A stretch of DNA of 64,000 nt from a bacterium (GTDB lineage: Bacteria; Patescibacteriota; Minisyncoccia; Phycocordibacterales; UBA2100). Below the pieces are notes generated by a model. The model was given only the letters and a program-made list of their open reading frames with translations, was not told where the DNA came from and did not search any database. Of this stretch, positions 32,421-41,847 are shown piece by piece. How positions within the stretch are numbered: position 1 is the first letter of the stretch; every line of letters begins with the position of its first letter. The DNA is taken from the NCBI GenBank assembly GCA_021781955.1, contig JAJXVV010000002.1, forward strand, positions 10,730 to 74,729, in the 5' to 3' direction. The position numbers and the translations under genes were made by a program.

Positions 32421-32714
32421 ATGGCGGACAAGGTGGACGTGGTGGCGCTCGCGAAACTTGCACGGCTTGAGGTGAGCGGGGAAGAGTTGGCGAAGCTGGA
32501 GAAAGAGATACCCGCGATCCTGGAGTTCGTGGCGGAGATACAGAAGGCAAATGCGCCAAAAGAAGCTGCTACGCCAGTACTTCACAACGTCATGCGCGCC
32601 GATGAGAATCCCATCGAGCCTGGCACGCACACCGAGTCGCTCGTCTCTGCCGCGCCATCGCGCGAGGGCGATCGCATCTCGGTGAAGCAGGTCATCTCGC
32701 GCAAGCACGCCTGA
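32421..32714 (+). CDS. gatC: Asp/Glu-tRNA amidotransferase subunit C
   Basis: 97 aa, precedes gatA, typical GatC length and LARLEVSGEEL motif. Confidence 0.8.
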   Translation: MADKVDVVALAKLARLEVSGEELAKLEKEIPAILEFVAEIQKANAPKEAATPVLHNVMRADENPIEPGTHTESLVSAAPSREGDRISVKQVISRKHA

Positions 32715-32716
32715 CT

Positions 32717-34138
32717 ATGGACCTCTCTACGCTCACCATCGCGCAAGCACGCAAAGACCTCGACGCGAAGAAGTATTCGGCGCTCGAATTGAGCCAGGCA
32801 TACCTCGACGCGATCGCGAAGAAGGACCAGGGCATTCACGCATACCTCGAGGTGTGGGCCGACTCCGCGCAGAAAGAGGCGAAGCATGCGGACGAATTGA
32901 TAAAAGCGGGAAAGTCGCAAGCCCTGACCGGTATCCCGCTCGCCATCAAGGACAACATCCTCATCGAGGGCCGCACCTGTTCCTCGGCGTCCAAAATGCT
33001 CGAGCATTACAAGGCGAGCTACGACGCGACCGTCATCACCAAGCTCAAAGCGGAGGGCGCGGTCTTCCTCGGACGCACAAACATGGACGAGTTCGCGATG
33101 GGGAGCTCGACCGAGAACTCCGCCTTCGGCCCGACGATGAACCCGCACGACACGACGCGGGTGCCGGGCGGATCATCGGGCGGTTCGGCCGCTGCGGTCG
33201 CCGCAGGAATGGCGCTCGCCGCGCTGGGGAGCGACACCGGCGGCTCCATTCGTCAGCCGTCGTCGCACTGCGGGTTGGTCGGTCTCAAGCCGACCTACGG
33301 CGCGGTTTCGCGCTACGGCCTCATGCCGATGGGCTCCTCGCTCGATCAGATCGGGCCTCTTGCGCGTACCGTCGATGATGCGCGGATTCTCTTCGAAGAG
33401 ATACGCGGTTACGATGCGCAGGACAGTACCTCGAATCCGGACGGCATGTACAAGGCGGGGAAGGTCCGCAAAGTGATCGGCGTGCCGCGTGCGTTCCTCG
33501 AGAAAGGCGTCGACCCCGACGTGCTCGCGCTTTTCAATGCGACGATCGAGCGGTTGCGGAAGGCGGGTTACCAGATCGAAGACGTTGCGATGCCGAATCT
33601 GCCGTACGCGCTTCCCGTGTACTACGTTGTCTGTCCGGCGGAGGTGTCGACCAATCTCGCCCGCTACGACGGCGTCCGCTACGGGCTTTCGGTACCGGCC
33701 GCGACGGTAGGAGAGTCGTACGAGAAAATCCGTGCTGCCGGTTTTGGGCCGGAGACGCGCCGGCGCATCGTGCTCGGCACCTTCGTACTCTCTTCAGGTT
33801 ATGCCGATGCTTACTACCGCACCGCGCGAGCAGTGCGCGATGTTATCCGCGCCGATTTCACGAACGCGTTCAAGGAGGTCGACTGCGTCGCGATGCCGAC
33901 GGCACCCGGCCCGGCCTTCAAGCTCGGCGAGAAAACGAGTGATCCGCTCGCGATGTACCTGGAAGATATCTTTAGTGTGACGGCGAACCTCGCCGGCGTG
34001 CCGGCGCTCTCGGTGCCTGCGGGCACGGTTGCACGCGAAGGAAAGCAGCTGCCGGTCGGCTTCCAGCTCATGGGCGCGCACGGCGGGGAAGACATGCTTT
34101 TTGCTATCGCGAAGGACGTAGAAAGGACCGGAGCATAA
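32717..34138 (+). CDS. gatA: Asp/Glu-tRNA amidotransferase subunit A (amidase signature)
   Basis: GGSSGGSAAAVAAG amidase signature; 473 aa. Confidence 0.9.
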   Translation: MDLSTLTIAQARKDLDAKKYSALELSQAYLDAIAKKDQGIHAYLEVWADSAQKEAKHADELIKAGKSQALTGIPLAIKDNILIEGRTCSSASKMLEHYKASYDATVITKLKAEGAVFLGRTNMDEFAMGSSTENSAFGPTMNPHDTTRVPGGSSGGSAAAVAAGMALAALGSDTGGSIRQPSSHCGLVGLKPTYGAVSRYGLMPMGSSLDQIGPLARTVDDARILFEEIRGYDAQDSTSNPDGMYKAGKVRKVIGVPRAFLEKGVDPDVLALFNATIERLRKAGYQIEDVAMPNLPYALPVYYVVCPAEVSTNLARYDGVRYGLSVPAATVGESYEKIRAAGFGPETRRRIVLGTFVLSSGYADAYYRTARAVRDVIRADFTNAFKEVDCVAMPTAPGPAFKLGEKTSDPLAMYLEDIFSVTANLAGVPALSVPAGTVAREGKQLPVGFQLMGAHGGEDMLFAIAKDVERTGA

Positions 34139-34163
34139 GGTTCCGACAGGGTATACTGTCCCC

Positions 34164-34865
34164 ATGGATCCCGGAACATCGATTGGCGGCTCGCTCGGGT
34201 GGGCGCTGTGGTACATCGGCGAGATCGCGTTCAAGTGGGTGCCGGGCGCGGTCGTCGCGACCGTCGGCACCGCTCCCGCCGCCGCCGACCTTCCGCCGCC
34301 TCCTTCCGCGATAACCGCGCCGATCTCCGTACAGCAAGTTGTCGATTACCTGCAGACCGCGAGCGCGCCCGGCGTGTACGACCAGCTGTACCAGGGATGG
34401 AGCACGTTCGTCGCTTTTTCCATACTCATGACGCTCGCTTTTATGGCGATCGTCGTGTACGCCTCGATCCGCATGTTCCAGATCCGGCAGATGGAGCGCC
34501 GCCGTTTCGCGGCGGCGCAGCATACCGTCGCCTCGCGAGACGTGCCCAAGACGCATTTGCGGTGGGATCGCGTCGTGCAGGAAGTAACCTCCGACAACGA
34601 GCGGGACTGGCGCCTCGCCATCCTCGAAGCCGACATCATGCTGAATGAGCTTCTCGACACGCAGGGGTACAAGGGCGAGACCATCGCCGACAAACTGCGC
34701 GCGGTCGACCCGGCAGAGTTCCGTTCCGTCGAGGCCGCGTGGGAAGCGCACAAATTCCGCAACAAGATCGCGCATGAATCCAACCTCAACCTGCTCTCCG
34801 CGCGCGACGCGCGGCATGTCATCGCGCTCTACGAGCGCGTGTTCAAGGAATTCCATTTCCTCTAA
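34164..34865 (+). CDS. membrane protein with C-terminal HEPN-like helical domain (hypothetical)
   Basis: TM segments in first half; C-terminal HKFRNKIAHE fits an Rx4H HEPN-type motif. Confidence 0.3.
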   Translation: MDPGTSIGGSLGWALWYIGEIAFKWVPGAVVATVGTAPAAADLPPPPSAITAPISVQQVVDYLQTASAPGVYDQLYQGWSTFVAFSILMTLAFMAIVVYASIRMFQIRQMERRRFAAAQHTVASRDVPKTHLRWDRVVQEVTSDNERDWRLAILEADIMLNELLDTQGYKGETIADKLRAVDPAEFRSVEAAWEAHKFRNKIAHESNLNLLSARDARHVIALYERVFKEFHFL

Positions 34866-34909
34866 AGCGTTTTCGTTGCATCGAGATTTCTGCTATAGTA
34901 GAGTAGCGA

Positions 34910-34982
34910 TAGCGGGGTGGAGCAGTAGTAGCTCGCCAGGCTCATAACCTGGAGGTCGTGGGTGCAAGTCCCACCCCCGCAA
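34910..34982 (+). tRNA. tRNA with anticodon CAT (Met elongator or Ile2/lysidine); CCA not encoded
   Basis: D-arm GAGC/GCTC, anticodon stem CCAGG/CCTGG, loop CTCATAA, T-arm GTGGG-TGCAAGT-CCCAC; apparent A1-A72 mismatch. Confidence 0.75.
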
Positions 34983-35049
34983 CACGGCTGTGACGCCTGG
35001 AACCAATACCGACTGGCCTTAAAACCAGTACGGTACCGCCAGGCTCCAA

Positions 35050-35084
35050 ACACAAAAGGCGCGATCGAATCGCGCCTTTTGTGT
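35050..35084. terminator. bidirectional intrinsic terminator (14-bp perfect stem)
   Basis: ACACAAAAGGCGCG-atcgaat-CGCGCCTTTTGTGT with T/A runs on both sides. Confidence 0.6.
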
Positions 35085-35095
35085 TGACGAAACCG

Positions 35096-35323
35096 CTACT
35101 CGATCCTCACTTTTTTATCCTCGATCGCCAATTTGCCTTTGAGATATTGCAGCAGATCGCGTTTCTCTTCGAGCGTGCCTTCTTCGAGTAGGTACTTCGC
35201 ATAGGCCTTGACGTTCATATCGCTTTTGCCGCTGACGGTGCCCGGATAGGCGAGGTCGATGCCTAGATTCCGGAAACTCGTGATATTTTTCTCCGGCTCG
35301 ACCGACTTCGTGAAGCGCGGCAC
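35096..35323 (-). CDS. hypothetical protein, possibly C-terminal remnant of a frameshifted longer gene (35096..35520)
   Basis: 75-aa ORF; upstream ORF 35263..35520 in another frame could be its N-terminal part. Confidence 0.25.
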   Translation of the reverse strand: MPRFTKSVEPEKNITSFRNLGIDLAYPGTVSGKSDMNVKAYAKYLLEEGTLEEKRDLLQYLKGKLAIEDKKVRIE

Positions 35324-35514
35324 CCGAGCGGATACTCACGGGACTCAGACTCTTCGAGTTCAAGTGCGCGTGATTCGACGAGAAGCACTACTTCAAGTTC
35401 CACCCCTTGCACGTCGTGAAGAAGCTCCAGCGCAAGCGCCGCAAGCAAGCCACCGTCTCGTATGGCGAGCTTCGATAATTTGGGTTTGTTTGGGTTTTTG
35501 ACGATAAAAAAGCA

Positions 35515-35865
35515 ATGCAAATCGATCCAGAAAATAAAGACGCGCGTTTATGTGTTTCTTCAGGATATACTGAAGAAGTGAAAAATGCGCGAGCGCTTTC
35601 GTCAGAGGAAAAACCAAAGCTGGAGAAATTCAATTTTGAACGCATGAAAGTTGCCGCGACAAGCGAGAATCCAAAGATCAGAAAGCAGACTTTTGTGGAA
35701 TACTTTGAACGTTTTTCTGAATTCCCGTCGTACCTCTTTGATAATTCAGAAGGGATCGACTGCCATCTCCTCGAGACCATCCATGATATGCAAGCGGATC
35801 CGCTCATGACGAAGGAGCTTCAAGGCGGAATCGCTCTGCTTCTGCAACGGCTCATATTGGAATAA
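35515..35865 (+). CDS. hypothetical protein
   Basis: 116-aa ORF in low-GC islet, followed by GC-hairpin 35879-35897. Confidence 0.3.
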   Translation: MQIDPENKDARLCVSSGYTEEVKNARALSSEEKPKLEKFNFERMKVAATSENPKIRKQTFVEYFERFSEFPSYLFDNSEGIDCHLLETIHDMQADPLMTKELQGGIALLLQRLILE

Positions 35866-35915
35866 TTTCACGCAAAAGCGCCCCGGGCGGGGCGCTTTGC
35901 ACAAACCGTTATAGG

Positions 35916-36116
35916 TTAGACGCGGCTGACTTTGACGGCGTTGGGTCCTTTCGGACTTTCAGCGACCTCAAAGCTGACCTTGTCGCCCTCGCGAAGCTCG
36001 TCGAACTTTACGTTCAAGAGTTCGTTGGAGTGGAAAAAGAGATCTTTTTCGCGACCTTCGACTTTGATGAATCCGAAACCCTTTTCAGTGAGACGGGCGA
36101 TAGTTCCTTCTTGCAT
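35916..36116 (-). CDS. cspA: cold-shock protein (CspA family)
   Basis: MQEGTIARLTEKGFGFIKVEG...DLFFHSNEL RNP1/RNP2 motifs; 66 aa. Confidence 0.8.
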   Translation of the reverse strand: MQEGTIARLTEKGFGFIKVEGREKDLFFHSNELLNVKFDELREGDKVSFEVAESPKGPNAVKVSRV

Positions 36117-36257
36117 GACAATTGGAAAAAACTCTGTTTGTAATTGCATCAAGACAGGAGACTGGAGTTGAAGCTCGATCCGTACTTAAACTGGATCAGG
36201 TCCCGGTTTGATATCCAAAATGTATCATACCGAGATTTGCCTGTCAAGTACCCGCAG

Positions 36258-36746
36258 TTACTTTAACGACGCTGCTGATTTCAGTTCCAAAATCTGAAGA
36301 GATCTCATATAGCGGCGGACCCAGTCCATAAACTGCATACGATGCTTATCCAGTGTCCAAAAGTCTCCGTCTTGGAATAACTTCGGACTTTCTTCCCGGA
36401 ATTTCTTCAAGAGAAAGATGGACGCGGGGGTAAATTGTTCCGGCAAGCCCTCATTGTAGGTATCAAGGAAATCTTTGATGGACAGTTTTCTCTCGCTCCT
36501 TTCTTTTTCGGGGTCGGGATTTCTCAGAGGGTTAATTATACCATAAAGATCTATTTCGTGAAGGGCGATTCTAAGCGAATTCAATCGCAGAATTGCTGCT
36601 TCAACGAACGAAAAGCAGCGGAACTTGCACCAGTGGAAGTCTGGTCCCGGCAACAGCATTGTGATGCCGCGAAATGGCCGGTCTTTTGTGCGTGGACGAA
36701 TGTTCGGGCGAAGGTAGCCGCAGCGCCATAGCGGCGATGTCTCCAT
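36258..36746 (-). CDS. hypothetical protein
   Basis: 162-aa ORF, no recognised motif; alternative start at MLLPGPDFHW. Confidence 0.3.
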   Translation of the reverse strand: METSPLWRCGYLRPNIRPRTKDRPFRGITMLLPGPDFHWCKFRCFSFVEAAILRLNSLRIALHEIDLYGIINPLRNPDPEKERSERKLSIKDFLDTYNEGLPEQFTPASIFLLKKFREESPKLFQDGDFWTLDKHRMQFMDWVRRYMRSLQILELKSAASLK

Positions 36747-36906
36747 CGAAAGCGAGAAAGGAAAAGGGACGACCGTTACCGTCCGGCTGCCGATCGCAAG
36801 CTGACCACTTCTTAGTTGACCAGACCGATAGATACGGTTGTGCCACGCGACTCCTCTCGCGTCCGATAAGTATGCTTGAGCCGCTCAGGTAGGGTATACT
36901 GCCGGC

Positions 36907-37350
36907 ATGACCGAGTCGCACATACCGCATCCGCGCATAGCCGAACGGGAGAAGACGGGGATGCATCAGATACGTCGGGCCGAGACGCTCGATCTCAACA
37001 ATCGCATCGCGCTCTTCATCAGCTCGCGATTTGGCACCATGTGGGCCTTCTACGCGCTCCTTCTGTGGATGCTCGGGTGGGTGGTGCTCGCGACCGCAGG
37101 CATCGGCCTCTTCCGCAACGACCCGTACCCGTTCACCTTTCTCCTCTTCTTGAGCAACATCGTGCAACTTTTGGCGCTTCCTGTCCTTGCGGTCGGTCAG
37201 CAAATATTGAGCCGCGCCTCCGATAAGCAGGCGGAACAAACCTACAAAGACGCTGAGGCGATGCTCAAATTGCAGGACGAAGTGCACCGGCTCCTCAAGG
37301 TCAACAACGAGCTTACGGAAGAGATCCACAAATCAGTCATCAATCGATAG
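36907..37350 (+). CDS. DUF1003-family membrane protein
   Basis: two TM helices + FRNDPYPFTFLLFLSNIVQL and C-terminal coiled coil typical of DUF1003. Confidence 0.5.
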   Translation: MTESHIPHPRIAEREKTGMHQIRRAETLDLNNRIALFISSRFGTMWAFYALLLWMLGWVVLATAGIGLFRNDPYPFTFLLFLSNIVQLLALPVLAVGQQILSRASDKQAEQTYKDAEAMLKLQDEVHRLLKVNNELTEEIHKSVINR

Positions 37351-37470
37351 GGAGCAGCAGCGAGGCTGCGAAAGAAATCGTATCGACGACCTGTATGAAC
37401 AGGTAACGCGGCCTACGGACGGGGCTCAAGGTGGCGCGTGGGGCCTTATCAAGTAGCAACTCTCTCGCAT

Positions 37471-38295
37471 ATGAAGAAGGGTGTTTGGTATTCTCTAGCG
37501 GGCTCGGTTCTCATGAGCTCGCTTCTTATCGGCACGGCGTTCGCGCAGAGCGCGCCGCAAAATCCTCCGCAAGGACGGGGAGGCTGGGGCGGCCCCGGCC
37601 GTGGCGGTCGCATGATGGCGCGTGCGCCGGGCGTCTTTGGCACGGTCTCCTCAGTGAGCGGCACGACGCTCACGGTGACCGCGAGATCGTTCGTGCGACC
37701 GAACGCTACGAATAGCGGTTCTGCGAACACGAACAGCGCGGGCACTGTCTACACGGTCGACGCGAGCAATGCGATCGTCATGAAAGGCAACGCCACCTCG
37801 ACGCTCTCGGCAGTCGCCGTCGGTGACACGGTCATGGTGCAGGGCACGGTGAGCGGCACGTCGGTCACCGCAACCGAGATCCGCGACGGTCTCCCGCAGC
37901 GCGGCGCAGGATTCGGTCGCCCGGGATTCGGTCAGGGGAACGCTGCGACGACGATCAAAGGCAACGGACAGCCGGTGGTCGGCGGCACCGTCGGCACGGT
38001 GAGCGGCTCGACGTTCACCATGACGACCGCGCAAGGCGACATCACGTACAACGTCGACGCGTCTTCGGCGACGGTCACGAAAGACAACGCGACCTCGTCG
38101 GTTTCTTCGATCGCCTCCGGCGACAAGGTGCTCGTGCAGGGTAGCGTCAACGGCACGTCGGTCACGGCCTCGACGGTCATCGATCAAGGGAATGCTTCAA
38201 TGCAACCCGGCACCCAAAGCGGCATCCCCCAGAGATTCCGGGGTTTCCTGGGCGTCATCGGCGGGTTCTTCCACCGCCTGTTCGGATTTTTCTGA
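37471..38295 (+). CDS. secreted repeat protein (DUF5666-like beta repeats)
   Basis: signal peptide MKKGVWYSLAGSVLMSSLLIGTAFA; four copies of ...GDxVxVQGxVxGTSVTA... repeat. Confidence 0.5.
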   Translation: MKKGVWYSLAGSVLMSSLLIGTAFAQSAPQNPPQGRGGWGGPGRGGRMMARAPGVFGTVSSVSGTTLTVTARSFVRPNATNSGSANTNSAGTVYTVDASNAIVMKGNATSTLSAVAVGDTVMVQGTVSGTSVTATEIRDGLPQRGAGFGRPGFGQGNAATTIKGNGQPVVGGTVGTVSGSTFTMTTAQGDITYNVDASSATVTKDNATSSVSSIASGDKVLVQGSVNGTSVTASTVIDQGNASMQPGTQSGIPQRFRGFLGVIGGFFHRLFGFF

Positions 38296-38313
38296 ACGAT
38301 GTATAAGTGGAAA

Positions 38314-38347
38314 GCAGCCGCCGACCTGAGGGTCGGCGGCTGCTTTG
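38314..38347. terminator. bidirectional intrinsic terminator
   Basis: GCAGCCGCCGACC-tgag-GGTCGGCGGCTGC followed by TTT. Confidence 0.6.
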
Positions 38348-38355
38348 TCCGGTCG

Positions 38356-38535
38356 TCACGGTTCCGCAAGCGCGGCGAGCGTGAATTGCGCCGCGACGAA
38401 GAATATCCAAATGATGAGGGTAAGTATGAACTGCTTGCCGTCCCACAGCAGGATCATTTTGCCGAACGAATAGACGAGGTATGTGCTCACGAGCGCGAGC
38501 AGGATGGAGTTGATGAGCAGCATCGTGTGCCACAT
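38356..38535 (-). CDS. small hydrophobic protein (59 aa), not in supplied ORF track
   Basis: ATG(rc)38535..TGA(rc)38356: MWHTMLLINSILLALVSTYLVYSFGKMILLWDGKQFILTLIIWIFFVAAQFTLAALAEP; no clear SD. Confidence 0.25.
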   Translation of the reverse strand: MWHTMLLINSILLALVSTYLVYSFGKMILLWDGKQFILTLIIWIFFVAAQFTLAALAEP

Positions 38536-38559
38536 GTTTTCATTCTACTACATCATCGG

Positions 38560-38633
38560 TGTCGGGGGTGGGGATCGAACCCACGACCTTAGCGTTATGA
38601 ATGCTACGCTCTTACCAACTGAGCTACCCCGAC
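38560..38633 (-). tRNA. tRNA with anticodon CAT (Met/Ile2)
   Basis: rc: GTCGGGG-TA-GCTC..GAGC, anticodon loop TTCATAA, T-arm GTGGG-TTCGATC-CCCAC, acceptor CCCCGAC. Confidence 0.75.
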
Positions 38634-38661
38634 AAAGGCAAAGAGGCAAAGAACAGACTTG

Positions 38662-38736
38662 CGCGAGCGGCGGGACTCGAACCCGTAACCTCTCCCGTGA
38701 CAGGGGAGTGCTCTAACCAAATTGAGCTACGCCCGC
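38662..38736 (-). tRNA. tRNA-Asp (anticodon GTC)
   Basis: rc: GCGGGCG acceptor, anticodon stem CTCCC/GGGAG loop CTGTCAC, T-loop TTCGAGT. Confidence 0.8.
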
Positions 38737-38776
38737 AAGCGAAGGCATTCTAGCAGAAAACAACCATCAAAGGAAT

Positions 38777-39403
38777 GTGCTACCATGGGGTCGTATGCTG
38801 ACGAACGGCATGAGTGCAGGCGGCAAGGGAAAGGAGGGTATAGAGAGAGCGCCGGAAGTCGAAGCACGCAAGCTCGAGCCGCGAGAGCTTTCCGAGTTCT
38901 CCCCGCAGATCCTTCGTCTGCGGTTCGATGCGCTCGATCATGCGAACGATAAGGCGGCGACGTTCCATCGCAAAGAGGCGTTCGATCCAGTCGCGCTCGA
39001 AGCGCGCAGCGTAGGATCGGACGTGATGACCTTCGTTGCGACGCAAGGCAAAATGGTCGTCGGGTTCCTCGCCATGGACCTCGATAGGGGCGCGAAGGAG
39101 TCGAGCATCAATGTTTGCTGGACGAAAGACAAGGGGAAGGCGCAGCGCGCGACGATCGCGCTATTGCTCGCAAGCGTGAAAGAGGAGCTGATGCGCCGCG
39201 GCTACGTGCGCGCGGACGTGCCGAAAGATGCCGGCTTGAGCAAGGCGATGCATAAGGAGGCGGGTAATCCGGCGCTCCACCATTTCTTCGATGAGCTGGA
39301 GGTCGCAGAACGCGAAGAGGCGCCATCCGCCATTGAGGGCGCGCGCGAAGCGCCGATTGCCGCGAACGATACTGAAGAGCCGGACAGCAAGGGCGCCGCA
39401 TGA
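38777..39403 (+). CDS. hypothetical protein, possible GNAT-fold
   Basis: 208 aa; MVVGFLAMDLD...LMRRGYVRADV weakly GNAT-like. Confidence 0.3.
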   Translation: MLPWGRMLTNGMSAGGKGKEGIERAPEVEARKLEPRELSEFSPQILRLRFDALDHANDKAATFHRKEAFDPVALEARSVGSDVMTFVATQGKMVVGFLAMDLDRGAKESSINVCWTKDKGKAQRATIALLLASVKEELMRRGYVRADVPKDAGLSKAMHKEAGNPALHHFFDELEVAEREEAPSAIEGAREAPIAANDTEEPDSKGAA

Positions 39404-40029
39404 GCACGCCGCGGGAGCTATACGAGGCCTACCGCATTATGCCGGATTTGCGCCTGCACCAGCTGCGGGTCGCGGCGGTCGGCAAGCGGATTTGCAACCA
39501 TTTCTCGGAGCCGATCGACACGGACGAGGTCGTGCTCGCGTGCCTTTTTCACGACATGGGCAACATCGTGAAGTTCGATCTCGGCTACTTTCCGGAGGCG
39601 CTCGAACCGCGCGGACGCGAGTATTGGGAGCAGGTGAAGCGGGAAACGGAGGAACGGTACGGCACTGAACAGCACGAGGTTTCCGCAGCGATAGGCAGAG
39701 AGATCGGGCTCTCCGAACAGGCGCTCAACATGATAGTGCATGCTGGGTATCGGGACATGCCGGCTATCGTCGAGAGCGAAAACTGGGCGTGGAAGATGCT
39801 AAAGTACGCCGACTTGCGCGTCGCGCCGCACGGCGTCGTCTCGCTCGAAGAAAGGTTCGCCGACTTCGCGGTACGCTACCGCAGCAAGGTGTCCGACCGA
39901 GAAACCCTTGCGCAAGGGAAGACGCTCGAAGCACAGATATTCGCGCATGCGAGCATCCAGCCCGAGGACATCACGGACGCCACGGTCGCCCCCCTCATCG
40001 AGGAATTGTCGGAGTATCCCGTCTCGTGA
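39400..40029 (+). CDS. HD-domain phosphohydrolase
   Basis: LACLFHDMGNIVK (H...HD) motif; ATGA overlap with upstream ORF. Confidence 0.6.
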   Translation: MSTPRELYEAYRIMPDLRLHQLRVAAVGKRICNHFSEPIDTDEVVLACLFHDMGNIVKFDLGYFPEALEPRGREYWEQVKRETEERYGTEQHEVSAAIGREIGLSEQALNMIVHAGYRDMPAIVESENWAWKMLKYADLRVAPHGVVSLEERFADFAVRYRSKVSDRETLAQGKTLEAQIFAHASIQPEDITDATVAPLIEELSEYPVS

Positions 40030-40046
40030 TATCCTCTGACCTGTTC

Positions 40047-40119
40047 GCCGAAGTAGCTCAGTTGGTAGAGCACCCCCATGGTAAGGGGGAGGTCACCGGT
40101 TCAATCCCGGTCTTCGGCT
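40047..40119 (+). tRNA. tRNA-Thr (anticodon GGT)
   Basis: GCCGAAG/CTTCGGC acceptor, anticodon stem CCCCC/GGGGG loop ATGGTAA. Confidence 0.85.
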
Positions 40120-40165
40120 CTCGATATTTGAGGCAATGTGTTTTTGCCGTACGATATCGATGTAC

Positions 40166-40238
40166 GCCGCCTTAGCTCAGTTGGTAGAGCACCGCTTTCG
40201 TAAAGCGGGGGTCCCGAGTTCAAATCTCGGAGGCGGCT
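40166..40238 (+). tRNA. tRNA-Thr (anticodon CGT)
   Basis: GCCGCCT/AGGCGGC acceptor, anticodon stem CCGCT/AGCGG loop TTCGTAA. Confidence 0.85.
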
Positions 40239-40239
40239 C

Positions 40240-41136
40240 ATGGACAAGACTGACATCGAGAAGCGCGTCGCGGAGATCGAGGCGGCGATGGGCGCGGTCG
40301 ACTTTTGGAGCGATGTCGCGAAGGCGCAGGCCGCGGTGAAAGAATATCAAGACCTCAAGGCGCAGCTTGCGGGAGGCGTTGGCTACGACAAAAGCGACGC
40401 CATCGTCTCCATTATCTCCGGCGCTGGCGGCGACGATGCCGAGGATTTCTCGCGCATCCTTTTCGATATGTACGGCAAGTACATCGCCTCGCGCGGGTGG
40501 AAGACCGCGATGCTCTCGTCCAACGAGAACTCGATGGGCGGCTTTCGCAGCCTTTCATTCGAAGTGACGGGGAACGGTGCGTACGGCTCTCTCAAAAGAG
40601 AGGCGGGCGTGCACCGGCTCGTGCGCATGTCGCCGTTCAACTCCGCAGGGAAGCGCCAAACAAGCTTCTCGCTCGTCGAGGTATTGCCGAAGCTTCCGGA
40701 TCAGGGCGACCTCCATATCCCTGAGGGCGATCTTGAGATCACAGTCGCGCGGGCGGGCGGCCCCGGCGGGCAGAATGTCAACAAGCGCGATACGGCGGTG
40801 CGCATGACCCACAAGCCGACCAGTCTCACGGTGCACGTCACCTCGGAGCGTTCTCAGATGCAGAACAAAGAGAAAGCGCTTGAGATGCTGCGCGGCAAAC
40901 TCTTTCAACTGCGCGAGGAGGCGGCAGAAAAAGAAGCGCGCGGCCTCTCAGCCGGTGCATCCACCAAAATAGAATGGGGAAGCCAGATCCGTTCCTATGT
41001 ATTACACCCGTACCAACTCGTGAAGGATCATCGTACCGACCACGAGCGCCGCGACGTCGAAAGAGTCCTCGACGGCGATATCCAGAGTTTCATCGATGCA
41101 GAACAAGGGTTGGACAACACGGCGACTGCGTTATAA
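40240..41136 (+). CDS. prfB: peptide chain release factor 2 (short form, no programmed frameshift site)
   Basis: SPF tripeptide ([10 protein letters not shown]) and GGQ ([13 protein letters not shown]); 298 aa; ATG 2 nt after tRNA-Thr. Confidence 0.8.
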   Translation: MDKTDIEKRVAEIEAAMGAVDFWSDVAKAQAAVKEYQDLKAQLAGGVGYDKSDAIVSIISGAGGDDAEDFSRILFDMYGKYIASRGWKTAMLSSNENSMGGFRSLSFEVTGNGAYGSLKREAGVHRLVRMSPFNSAGKRQTSFSLVEVLPKLPDQGDLHIPEGDLEITVARAGGPGGQNVNKRDTAVRMTHKPTSLTVHVTSERSQMQNKEKALEMLRGKLFQLREEAAEKEARGLSAGASTKIEWGSQIRSYVLHPYQLVKDHRTDHERRDVERVLDGDIQSFIDAEQGLDNTATAL

Positions 41137-41154
41137 TGGTTCTTTACGTTCGCC

Positions 41155-41838
41155 ATGATCTACTACGACCAGGTAACGAAACGCTACTGGGACAACGCGC
41201 CCGCAGCGGTCGAAGAGGTGACGCTCGGAATAGAGCCGGGCGAGTTCGTTTCAATCGTCGGTCACTCCGGCGCAGGGAAGACGACGCTCCTCAAGATGCT
41301 CTTCGCCGAGATACTGCCGTCGAGCGGCACCATTTACTTCGGCGAACGTGAGGTGCCGAATCTCACCAACGGCGAGCTCTTGCGGCTTCGCCGCAACATC
41401 GGTACCGTGTTCCAGGATTTCCGCCTCTTGCCCACCAAGAACGTGTTCGAGAACGTGGCGTTCGCGCTCGAGGTCGCCGGACGCTCCGACGAGGACATCC
41501 GTGCCGACGTGCCGCATGTTCTCGAGCTCGTCGGCCTTGCCGACAAGATATGGAATTTCCCCCACGAGCTCTCCGGCGGCGAGCAGCAGCGGGTCGCGAT
41601 CGCGCGCGCCATCGTCAATCAGCCCGACGTCTTGATCGCCGACGAGCCGACCGGCAACCTCGACCCCATCAACGCGCACGATGTCGTCGAGATCCTGAAG
41701 AAGATCAACGATCTCGGCACGACCGTCATCTTGACGACGCACAACAAATCCGTCGTCGATGCTGCCGGCCGTCGCGTCGTCACGATGGACCAGGGACGCA
41801 TCGTCCGCGACGACAAGCAGGGGAAATACGTCCTGTAG
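41155..41838 (+). CDS. ftsE: cell-division ABC ATPase FtsE
   Basis: Walker A GHSGAGKTT, signature LSGGEQQRVAIARA, Walker B LIADEPTGNLD; precedes ftsX. Confidence 0.85.
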   Translation: MIYYDQVTKRYWDNAPAAVEEVTLGIEPGEFVSIVGHSGAGKTTLLKMLFAEILPSSGTIYFGEREVPNLTNGELLRLRRNIGTVFQDFRLLPTKNVFENVAFALEVAGRSDEDIRADVPHVLELVGLADKIWNFPHELSGGEQQRVAIARAIVNQPDVLIADEPTGNLDPINAHDVVEILKKINDLGTTVILTTHNKSVVDAAGRRVVTMDQGRIVRDDKQGKYVL

Positions 41839-41847
41839 AATATATTC

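Larger units (their letters stand above)
34983..36800. other. low-G+C islet next to tRNA-Met (probable horizontally acquired DNA)
   Basis: visibly A/T-richer than flanks; contains cspA, orphan ORFs and a likely gene fragment. Confidence 0.4.
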
